Below, piece by piece: positions 26,941 through 35,054 of a stretch of 59,120 bases of DNA. The notes beneath the pieces are model-generated. The model did not search any database. It was given only the letters and a program-made list of their open reading frames with translations, and was not told the DNA's origin. Within the stretch, counting starts at the first letter, position 1. The number at the start of each line of letters is the position of its first letter. Origin of the DNA: Deltaproteobacteria bacterium (GTDB lineage Bacteria; Desulfobacterota; Binatia; UBA9968); contig JAHFAO010000001.1 in the NCBI GenBank assembly GCA_023250515.1, positions 1 to 59,120 on the forward strand. Reading direction: 5' to 3'. Made by a program: the position numbers and the translations under genes.

Positions 26941-28089
26941 CTATTGACTGTATTTTTTCGACAACTCGCCGACCCGATTCATAGCATCCCTCCAGGTGGC
27001 GAACCGGGTGGGGAAGCGAGATGAAATCTGGCGAGCAATCTCTCCCAAAGAATTAATGCCGTCCATCAACCCTATAATGAAGAGATCGATCTGCCCCTCC
27101 TCGTTCAGCATCGGCACATGGCTACTTGTCCGTTTACGTAGATACGTTGAGGACAAAGGCGTACCAAAAAAGGTTGATTGTGCAAAGCTGGCTTTAATCC
27201 GCCTCGTATCACCCTGATCCAGGATGCAGGTGTTCCAACGCCAGATGTAGTCCTCACCGATCAGCCTGGCCTGCAGGACAACAGACACCATGTCACCAAC
27301 GGCGAGCGGGACAGGTTGGGACAAGGGGAAGAAAGCATTACCGTAGATGAGTTCAGGCTCACCGGGGGCATTGGTAAGATGAACGCCTTCGGCAAGCGCT
27401 GCGTCGAACCAGAGACTAAGCCCGTGTGCCACTCCCGCACGCGCCACAGTCCAGGTCAATTCTCCGCTAACGTCAGGACTCTCCACTACGGCATAATCGA
27501 GGATAGCCCAAGATTGCGGCTCCACCAAGAGTTGCTCCGGAGTAACCTTGACCTTGCCCCAGGTGTTCGTCACGATCTGGCGAGCTACTCGCATATCGAG
27601 ACCATAGCCGTTGTGATCCCAGGGATTGGTGTGCTGCCCATACAAGTCCGGGGCCTCCACCACCGCAACCCATAAGGTGTCTCGCCGGGGGATCAACGTC
27701 CCGCCGGGCGCCAGAAAACGCCTCCGGGCATCAATCACAGAAGGTATATGAGAGGCGAATAGGGGAAGCACGCCACGCAGGTCGGAGACAATAACATCGG
27801 CTCGCTCTGGTAGAGTGACCTCGGTGGAGCGGCTTTGAATGAACTCGATACGCTCAGCGTAGCCGTTAGCGGCAGCGGTTTCTCGCGCCACCTCGATGGC
27901 GTCATCCGGCTCGATGGCGTACACCCGGCGGGAGCCGAGCTGGCAAGCGAGCAGAGCAAAGATGCCGGTGCCGGTGCCAATGTCGAGGACGACTGAGCCG
28001 GGTTTGATGACCTGCCTCAGTGCCCGCATGTAGGCATCCATGCGCAGGTTGTCCACGATCATCTTGCCATAGGCGAAGATACTATACAT
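26941..28089 (-). CDS. PRMT/PrmA-like class I SAM methyltransferase with PqqD-like C-terminal extension
   Basis: DNLRMDAYMRALRQVIKPGSVVLDIGTGTGIFALLA...RVYAIE...ADVIVSD matches the protein arginine methyltransferase core. The last ~70 aa (LNEEGQIDLFIIGLMDGINSLGEIARQISSRFP...) resemble a PqqD winged helix. Confidence 0.7.
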   Translation of the reverse strand: MYSIFAYGKMIVDNLRMDAYMRALRQVIKPGSVVLDIGTGTGIFALLACQLGSRRVYAIEPDDAIEVARETAAANGYAERIEFIQSRSTEVTLPERADVIVSDLRGVLPLFASHIPSVIDARRRFLAPGGTLIPRRDTLWVAVVEAPDLYGQHTNPWDHNGYGLDMRVARQIVTNTWGKVKVTPEQLLVEPQSWAILDYAVVESPDVSGELTWTVARAGVAHGLSLWFDAALAEGVHLTNAPGEPELIYGNAFFPLSQPVPLAVGDMVSVVLQARLIGEDYIWRWNTCILDQGDTRRIKASFAQSTFFGTPLSSTYLRKRTSSHVPMLNEEGQIDLFIIGLMDGINSLGEIARQISSRFPTRFATWRDAMNRVGELSKKYSQ

Positions 28090-28107
28090 TGAGCCTTTCC
28101 CAACTGG

Positions 28108-29136
28108 TCAAGGCAGCAAAAACCCCGAAGACCGCCCGTCGCCTGTCACGTTGCCAATATGACGGGTCGGGGCGCAAAGATCGTCGAGGACGAGGTCGCA
28201 GAGTTTAGTCAAGTAGACCGGGTTTGCATTGGGGACTAAGCGCCGTAAACGGACGTGCCTGATAAGCCGACCCAGGATTTCGAACTCCTGGGCGCGCATA
28301 CGCTTGTCCAGCACATAATTGACGTATGTGTTTCTAACCAATGTAATCAGACTAGCTTGGGCCGGGACAGTCTCAATCGAAGGTGCCGACGGATCCATAC
28401 TTCGCTCACCCAGAATGTAAATAGCAGCGAGGGGCAGTGGCCGCCGTTGAAAGTGATAGCCGCTCTGTTTTAGATCCAGGTAACGTTTATCCCAGGTCGG
28501 CGTCAGGCGCGGCAACACCTCCGGCGAGCCATAAAGGGCGTTTACCGACTCTGGCCAGAGTCGTAGACCTGGATAACCAGGCTGGATGAAGAAACTGGAA
28601 CTTTGATCCGTTAAGGCAACGACATCGTCCGATAACACCGGATAGCCTAGAGTTGCAAAGAACGCCGCCGTGGTCGATTTGCCTGCGCCAGCCGCACCCA
28701 GAAAGGCAATGGCTTCACCGCCTACCGCAATAGCACTGGCATGCAAGCAAGTAACACCACGCAGCCTCAGGACAAACCCCAGGATCGGACCAAGTAGGTA
28801 AGTCGCCATGTTCTCAATGGTCTCTTCAGAAGGCCACTGGGCCCAGATTCTCGATCCTCGATGATCGAGCAGGAACTCTGTACCGTCCCTGTAGACCCAA
28901 TGGTAGAGCGTCTGGTCCCTTGCCTGCTGGACAATTAACTGTGGGACTCCATCGCCATCCGCATCCGAACTAACGTAGCGCGTAACATAAGGACAAGAAT
29001 TCATCCTCAGCAACGTGGCCACAGGATAACCTAGCTGTAAGTCAACATCGCTCTCGCTCAATGACGGCAAGCTCTTCAAGCCTGGAACAGCTCGGTTGGA
29101 GCAGATACTAAGGCCATACGCAAAGTAGTGAAACAC
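28108..29136 (-). CDS. HprK-related kinase (lasso-cluster-type Ser kinase)
   Basis: LHASAIAVGGEAIAFLGAAGAGKSTTAA P-loop in the HPr kinase C-terminal-domain arrangement. Lies next to lasso genes. Confidence 0.75.
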   Translation of the reverse strand: MFHYFAYGLSICSNRAVPGLKSLPSLSESDVDLQLGYPVATLLRMNSCPYVTRYVSSDADGDGVPQLIVQQARDQTLYHWVYRDGTEFLLDHRGSRIWAQWPSEETIENMATYLLGPILGFVLRLRGVTCLHASAIAVGGEAIAFLGAAGAGKSTTAAFFATLGYPVLSDDVVALTDQSSSFFIQPGYPGLRLWPESVNALYGSPEVLPRLTPTWDKRYLDLKQSGYHFQRRPLPLAAIYILGERSMDPSAPSIETVPAQASLITLVRNTYVNYVLDKRMRAQEFEILGRLIRHVRLRRLVPNANPVYLTKLCDLVLDDLCAPTRHIGNVTGDGRSSGFLLP

Positions 29137-29155
29137 CTGCGAGGAACCCTATCCT

Positions 29156-30379
29156 TTATTGAGCACCGACATCAGCGGTGCGCCGGAGGAAACGTTTCAC
29201 GCGACCCGGCACACCTCGCGGAAGGAGTAGCCGAGCAGCAAAGCTCACTAGTCGAGGCTGAGCCACTAGGAGTCGCAGAAACATCTTGGCTAGCTCGTCC
29301 CGCGTGTAGCGACCCAGCAAATGAGTAGTCTTGCCATCAAGTAGCTCCAGCAGCCTGTCATAGTCAGCGCTGCTTAGTCGGTTCAAAACCGACCTCATCA
29401 GGAGGTGAAGGCCGAGCTCGCGGCGAAGCGGTCCGAGTTCTTTTCCGTAGTTACCTTGTCCCAGGATCGCCTTGGCTGCGGCCTTCGCGCCCCATAGGCC
29501 AGACACGAGCCCACCTACTGTTGTGACTTTGACCTGCCCCGCGGCATCCCCAACCAGATAGATATCGCAATCGGAAACTCGTCCCCACGGTCGTGGGGTA
29601 TGAGCATAGACGGAAATCTTGGCTGCCTGGATTTCGATCGGTTCCAGCCGTCGGCAAGCAAGGAATCGTTCCAGGTTCTCCTTGGCGTCGCACCCTTCCT
29701 CTGCGATGAGGCCGACTGCTCCACGGTCATGTGATTCTGGGATCAGCCAGTAAAAGTATGGCGTCGTCTCCGGATCAAACCACACCTGCGCAGTATCCGC
29801 TTCCCTCCCTGAAGGGAGGCGAACAATAGCCTGCAATATTGGAACGGTGGCCCGACTATTCCGCTCTGCGATCTTCGCCACGCGGCTAAAGGCACCGTCA
29901 GCGCCAATCAGGGTTGCGGTTTTGAACTCCTCTATTAGATCTAGCTTGACATTTCGGACTTTAACCGTGACGCCACCCACTGCAGGGGCAAAGTTGAGAA
30001 ATTTGTACCCACTTCGGATCTCAGCCCCTGCTTGAATTGCCTTCTCTGCGAGTAGCCGGACTATGGCCGCCCTCTCCACCACGAGATCCGGCTCGGTCAT
30101 CGGTATTGTGGCAGATCGATGAGGGGAGAAGAGATCAATTCGGTTTATTCGGTTGACGATAGCCTCAGAGGGAAAAAATCCCAGAACCTCGGTCAACTGC
30201 GATGTGGCAATCAGCGTGCGAGGTGACGTTCGCAACACGTCATTCGCGTCAAACAAACGGACTCTGACACCGTCGCAAGCAAGAAGGTACGCGGCAAACA
30301 AACCGGCTGCCGAGCCACCGATAATCAAGGCTTCTGATGGAGCTCCTTTTGACTTAACCGAGATTTCACTTCGGTTCAT
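29156..30379 (-). CDS. FAD-dependent oxidoreductase (geranylgeranyl reductase-like)
   Basis: N-terminal dinucleotide-binding fold ALIIGGSAAGLFAAYLLA...VRLFD. Later LIGADG and VGDAAG motifs of the GGR/flavin monooxygenase family. Confidence 0.75.
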   Translation of the reverse strand: MNRSEISVKSKGAPSEALIIGGSAAGLFAAYLLACDGVRVRLFDANDVLRTSPRTLIATSQLTEVLGFFPSEAIVNRINRIDLFSPHRSATIPMTEPDLVVERAAIVRLLAEKAIQAGAEIRSGYKFLNFAPAVGGVTVKVRNVKLDLIEEFKTATLIGADGAFSRVAKIAERNSRATVPILQAIVRLPSGREADTAQVWFDPETTPYFYWLIPESHDRGAVGLIAEEGCDAKENLERFLACRRLEPIEIQAAKISVYAHTPRPWGRVSDCDIYLVGDAAGQVKVTTVGGLVSGLWGAKAAAKAILGQGNYGKELGPLRRELGLHLLMRSVLNRLSSADYDRLLELLDGKTTHLLGRYTRDELAKMFLRLLVAQPRLVSFAARLLLPRGVPGRVKRFLRRTADVGAQ

Positions 30380-30384
30380 CTTGA

Positions 30385-31017
30385 TCAGCCCGTTGCGGTA
30401 TCGTACGTGCGGCTTACGCCTTCAACCCCGTATACGCCATCCCTGCGGACGAGGATCACGAACGCCTTCGCCAAGATATAGAAATCCAACCATAAAGACC
30501 ATTGATTGACATACCAGAGATCCAAACGGATCCGCTCTTCCCACGGTAGCTGATTCCGCCCGTGAATCCATGCCCACCCGGCCATTCCCGGTCTGAAGTC
30601 AAACCGTCGCCTCTCCGACGACGAGCAATAAGCGGCCTGGCTTGGCACCCAGGGCCGCGGACCGACGATGCTCATCTCACCCTTGAGAACATTGAGGAGC
30701 TGCGGGAGTTCGTCCAACGTCCAAACACGCAGGAACCGTCCCACACGGGTAATGCGAGGATCGTCTGCCGTGACGTTGAGTCCCTCTCCGCGCGCCTCAG
30801 CCCCACTGACCATTGTGCGGAATTTGTAGCAGCGAAAGATCCGTCGCCCTTTCCCAACGCGATCCTGTACGAACAGGACTGGCCCTCCATCATCCAGCTT
30901 GATAGCTAGTGAAATCAGGGCAATCAGGGGAGAAAGCAGGAGCAGAACAGCTCCGGCTACGACCAGATCAGTAGCCCGCTTCAGCGCGAGTGCTATTTGC
31001 CCCCGAAAAGGAAGCAT
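30385..31017 (-). CDS. polyprenyl-phosphate sugar phosphotransferase (bacterial sugar transferase, priming enzyme)
   Basis: [11 protein letters not shown]..., [46 protein letters not shown] are canonical WbaP/EpsL-type C-terminal domain motifs. The start is uncertain (Met11 used). Confidence 0.85.
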   Translation of the reverse strand: MLPFRGQIALALKRATDLVVAGAVLLLLSPLIALISLAIKLDDGGPVLFVQDRVGKGRRIFRCYKFRTMVSGAEARGEGLNVTADDPRITRVGRFLRVWTLDELPQLLNVLKGEMSIVGPRPWVPSQAAYCSSSERRRFDFRPGMAGWAWIHGRNQLPWEERIRLDLWYVNQWSLWLDFYILAKAFVILVRRDGVYGVEGVSRTYDTATG

Positions 31018-31894
31018 CGAAGTTCTTCTTTTTAGAAACCCTCGCAACTAACGCCTCCCGTGCCATCATCAAGACACACCGCCCCAAGATTCCAGCCCCT
31101 ACGGTAGCGTCTTGCAAGGAATTGCGCCGGAAATGCTTCGCATAGTAGCGCCACATGCTCCGATGGCGCTCAACAGCCATCAGGACGGGAGACTGGCGGC
31201 TGCTGCCGCCGATGTGGTGGAGCACCTGCATCCCTGGGTGATAGTGAACCTTCCATCCTACTTGCCTGGCCCGAAGGCAAAAATCGACATCTTCGCAATA
31301 CATGAAAAACCGCTCGTCCAGGCCACCGATGTCATCCAGGACCACGCGCCTGTGAAGCAGGCAAGCGCCAGAGACCCAGTCCACCTCCCGTATGCTCGTA
31401 TGGTCCCAGTCGGTGTGGAGGTACTCTCGTGAGTAGCGGTTTTGCGGGAGCCAGCGCGTCAGTAGGGAATAACGGTGGAACAGGATAGTTCGATACAACG
31501 GGAACGAACGGCAGGAGAGCTGGATAGTCCCGCCGGGATCGACAATCTGAGGGCCGATGATCCCTACCTCGGGTTCCCGTTTCAAGTATCGAAGCAGCTC
31601 CGTCATCCCACCGTCCAAAATCTCCGTGTCAGGATTGAGCCAGAGGATGTATCGTCCATTGGTTTTTTCCAACCCCTGGTTCACTCCAGCGGCAAACCCC
31701 AGATTGCGGTCATTGGCAATGATCTGAACACCGGGAAACCGGTTCCCGATCAACATCCTGGTGCAATCGGTCGAGGCGTTGTCCACAACGCAGACCTCGC
31801 ACGTAATGCCCGACAAGCATGATTCGATCGACGTGAGACAACGCGCCAGGTATGGAGCGGCGTTGTAGTTGACGATAATGATGGAGAGGTCCAT
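30968..31894 (-). CDS. glycosyltransferase family 2
   Basis: LSIIIVNYNAAPYL...VVDNAST... and the DxD-type region LNPDTE. GT-A fold pattern. Confidence 0.85.
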   Translation of the reverse strand: MDLSIIIVNYNAAPYLARCLTSIESCLSGITCEVCVVDNASTDCTRMLIGNRFPGVQIIANDRNLGFAAGVNQGLEKTNGRYILWLNPDTEILDGGMTELLRYLKREPEVGIIGPQIVDPGGTIQLSCRSFPLYRTILFHRYSLLTRWLPQNRYSREYLHTDWDHTSIREVDWVSGACLLHRRVVLDDIGGLDERFFMYCEDVDFCLRARQVGWKVHYHPGMQVLHHIGGSSRQSPVLMAVERHRSMWRYYAKHFRRNSLQDATVGAGILGRCVLMMAREALVARVSKKKNFDASFSGANSTRAEAGY

Positions 31895-33859
31895 TTATGT
31901 CTCTCCTACGCTTGCCTTGAACCGCTCCAAGACATAAAGGCTCCAGATCCTCGACCAGTGCACCTTCCCCCGAACAAACCGATCGACAAAGGGGCGATAG
32001 TACGGTTTGTCCAGTAGTAAACGCAGATCCCGACTCATGCCCGATGATGCCCCATTCGACAGCGCTTCCCTGAGCCACACTTCAAAGGGAAAGACGAATC
32101 CCATCTTGGGCTGGCGAAGATGATCCGGTGGCAAAAATCCATCCATATTCCGAAAGAGAGCGATCTTGTGCGACTCCGCTCCGTCTCTCGGCCATGTCCC
32201 AACTTCGAGGATAGAGCTGAGGAACAGATGATCGACAAAGGGCATCCGCATCTCTAGTCCATGACACATGCTGAACATATCGGAATCCCTTAAGAGCTGA
32301 GGGATCATGAAGTGCTCGATTTCCAGATAAGCGATAGACCAGAATTCGTGATTCGCGATTCGTAATTCGTGATTCGTGGTCGGTAGTCCTTTACCGCTGA
32401 CGACGGACAACGGATGACTAACAAGGCGGCGGATTTGCTCATCCGTGAACAGCGCATGATAATTTCGCCATAGGATCTCTATATTACCCGGAGCACTTCG
32501 CAGGAGTTGTGCCAATTTTGGCGCCCAGCGGAGGGGAAGGTGGTCTGCCAGGTTCGATGCCAGATAAGGCACCCAGGGAATCCGACCAAGCGGCCCAAGA
32601 TATTCCTGCAACATGGGAACATGGACAAAACTCTTATATCCTCCTAGGATTTCATCTCCGCCCAAACCAGAAAGGGCTACCTTGATGCCTGCCTGAGAGG
32701 CCATCTTTGAGACGAAGAACGTATTGATCCCATCGACCGACGGCTGGTCCATTGCCAGAAAGAACTCGTCAAGACCTGTGTAGAAATCGTCTTGGGTAAC
32801 CTCAAGCTCCGTGTGATCCGTGCTGTAATAAGAGGCCGCCTGCCGCGCGAGACCACTTTCGTCCCACTGAGTTTCAGGGAACGTGATGGTAAAGGTCCTC
32901 AATGGGCCTGAATAAAATTCCCGCACCGCCGCCACAACCGCGGCCGAATCCAGTCCGCCACTTAAAAATACTCCAACCGGAACATCGCTCACCATGTGAG
33001 CCTTGACAGACTCCACCAGAGCCCGGCGGACATGATTGGCAATTTCCGTCGGCTTACGGGTTTCAGGTTTCGGGTTTTGAAAACTCGAAATGGCCTCGGA
33101 CAAAGACCAATACGGCTCGATGGAAAGACCTTTGCCATCCCACTTCGCCCAATGGGCTGGCAGCAGTGCTTCAATCTCACGATAGAAGGTCTTCGGCGCA
33201 GGAATGCACCCTCTCTGAAGAAAAGCCGTCTCTGCCCCCCGGTCCATGTCCCCCGAGACCCAGCCGGAAGACAAGAGAGCCTGCAACTCTGATGAGAAGA
33301 GAAACGGCCCCTTAGAGGTCTGTGCGTAATACAGCGGCTTCATCCCAAACCGATCTCTGGCCAGGAACAGCTCACGCTTCTCTTCATCCCAAAGGGCAAA
33401 GGCGAACATGCCGCGTAGCTTGTGAAGGCAGTTGGGTCCTTCCCTTGCATAGAGGGCAAGGAGAATTTCCGTGTCCGAGCTCGAACGAAAGGTCATTCCA
33501 TCTGATTCGAGCTGACGACGCAGTTCACGATAATTATAGATCTCCCCATTGAAGGTGATCCAAAATCGGCCATCACCTGTTCCCATCGGCTGGTGGCCGC
33601 CAGATGATAGGTCTATGATGGCTAGCCGTCGGTGACCGAATATGACTGTCTGGTCACTGTCCGTCTTCACTGCCCTGGGGATCGCGCTTTCCTGCGGGCA
33701 GCCCATGGAGCGGCGTGTTGTCCGACGCCCATGTAAAGTGACGATGCCCCAGTCATCAGGACCACGATGAGCCAGCGCGTCGCTCATGCGCTGGACAGAT
33801 GCCTGAAGCTTTGAAATCGCCTCTCCGGAAGAATCAACGATGCCTACAATTCCACACAT
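31895..33859 (-). CDS. asnB: asparagine synthase (glutamine-hydrolysing), glycan-cluster type
   Basis: MCGIVGI keeps the Cys2 nucleophile. PP-loop LSGGLDSA. Embedded among glycosyltransferases. Confidence 0.85.
   Translation of the reverse strand: MCGIVGIVDSSGEAISKLQASVQRMSDALAHRGPDDWGIVTLHGRRTTRRSMGCPQESAIPRAVKTDSDQTVIFGHRRLAIIDLSSGGHQPMGTGDGRFWITFNGEIYNYRELRRQLESDGMTFRSSSDTEILLALYAREGPNCLHKLRGMFAFALWDEEKRELFLARDRFGMKPLYYAQTSKGPFLFSSELQALLSSGWVSGDMDRGAETAFLQRGCIPAPKTFYREIEALLPAHWAKWDGKGLSIEPYWSLSEAISSFQNPKPETRKPTEIANHVRRALVESVKAHMVSDVPVGVFLSGGLDSAAVVAAVREFYSGPLRTFTITFPETQWDESGLARQAASYYSTDHTELEVTQDDFYTGLDEFFLAMDQPSVDGINTFFVSKMASQAGIKVALSGLGGDEILGGYKSFVHVPMLQEYLGPLGRIPWVPYLASNLADHLPLRWAPKLAQLLRSAPGNIEILWRNYHALFTDEQIRRLVSHPLSVVSGKGLPTTNHELRIANHEFWSIAYLEIEHFMIPQLLRDSDMFSMCHGLEMRMPFVDHLFLSSILEVGTWPRDGAESHKIALFRNMDGFLPPDHLRQPKMGFVFPFEVWLREALSNGASSGMSRDLRLLLDKPYYRPFVDRFVRGKVHWSRIWSLYVLERFKASVGET
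32344..32378. repeat. intragenic tandem heptamer array (5 x 7 bp) in asnB
   Basis: attcgtg attcgcg attcgta attcgtg attcgtg. Encodes ...TTNHELRIANHEF... on the minus strand. Confidence 0.85.
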
Positions 33860-33865
33860 AATTTG

Positions 33866-35050
33866 TTAGGCTCCGAGGACTTCATCATACAGAGCCTCCA
33901 ACTTCCTGACACACTGAGTTTGGCTATAAAGCTGCTCAACACGACGACGCCCGGCCGCCCCCATAGCACGGGCTCTTTGAGGATTTTGAAGAAGGGATAG
34001 GATGGCCTCGGCCATCTTGTTCGGGTCTTGAGGGGGAACGAGAATCGCTGTCTCCTCCTGGACACAGATCTCTTTCGGCCCCCCATGATCGGTGGCGACA
34101 ACGGGTTTACCCGTGGCCATCGCCTCCAACAAAACCTGTCCGAAGGGTTCCGGCCAACTTGACGCCAACACCAATAGGCTTAAGGCTGCATGCACACTCG
34201 CCATTTCTTCGGGCTGATAACGCCATCCAGTAAAATAGACAAAACCCTCAAGATGCAGGGCACCAGCCAGCTTGACCATTTGTTCTGCATAGTCTTCCCG
34301 TCCCTCAATCGGGCCCCCGATAACAAGGTAACGCGCTAAAGGAAACCTCCTTCTACATGCGGCCGCTGCGTGAAGAAAGGTCTCGACGCCCTTCCAGTAG
34401 TCCAACCGACAAACCAAGCCTACTAGGGGCACATCCGGGGCAAGCCCCAGGTCTTTAAACACTCGACTCCCGTCATTCTCGGGGCGGTAGCACTGAATGT
34501 CGATCCCGTTTGGGATCTTTCTCAAGTGGGATGGACAGGCCCCATTGCCGTTGCCAAACAGCCCGGCTACAGCATCACTCGTGACGATAATGCGATCGGC
34601 GAAGCGGCGAGCGAGGTAGGCTTCCATTCGACGGAAAATCTTTGATTGCCAAACAATTTCTCGAATGTGCCAGACGTGCGGACGCCTCGCCAATTTTGCC
34701 GCAAGGAAACCGTAAAGATTGTGAAGACTATTAGTGTGCACGAGGTCTATGCCCTTTCTTCGAATGAGGGAAACAATTTTCCAGATAGCCTTCGGATAGT
34801 TGATGATATAGCGAAAGAGGAAGGACCGACCTCTGCGTGTGGTCAACTTCATCATCTCCTTCAGTATCAATACTTCACAGTTGTGTATCTTCAGCAGCCT
34901 CACTAAAGGACCGTCGGACGGCAAGAGAACATGGGGTCGAAAGCGAGTCTTATCTAGTTTTTCTATGATCCTCAGGAGCGAGATATCAGAGCCACCGATC
35001 TCGGAAGTGGATTGGATGTACAGCACATTGCGTGGAATACAGTTCTGCAA
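33866..35050 (-). CDS. glycosyltransferase family 4 (GT-B)
   Basis: N-terminal GGSDISLL... and C-terminal EPFGQVLLEAMATGKPVVATDHGGPKE (EX7E region). Confidence 0.85.
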   Translation of the reverse strand: MQNCIPRNVLYIQSTSEIGGSDISLLRIIEKLDKTRFRPHVLLPSDGPLVRLLKIHNCEVLILKEMMKLTTRRGRSFLFRYIINYPKAIWKIVSLIRRKGIDLVHTNSLHNLYGFLAAKLARRPHVWHIREIVWQSKIFRRMEAYLARRFADRIIVTSDAVAGLFGNGNGACPSHLRKIPNGIDIQCYRPENDGSRVFKDLGLAPDVPLVGLVCRLDYWKGVETFLHAAAACRRRFPLARYLVIGGPIEGREDYAEQMVKLAGALHLEGFVYFTGWRYQPEEMASVHAALSLLVLASSWPEPFGQVLLEAMATGKPVVATDHGGPKEICVQEETAILVPPQDPNKMAEAILSLLQNPQRARAMGAAGRRRVEQLYSQTQCVRKLEALYDEVLGA

Positions 35051-35054
35051 GTTT

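Noticed and set aside
31895-33859. A possible third lasso cyclase, since this is the third Asn-synthetase homolog in the window.
   Set aside because: It retains the Cys2 glutaminase nucleophile (MCGIVG). It has no adjacent PqqD, B2 or small precursor-like ORF, and it is embedded among glycosyltransferases. It fits a glycan-associated amidotransferase/AsnB.
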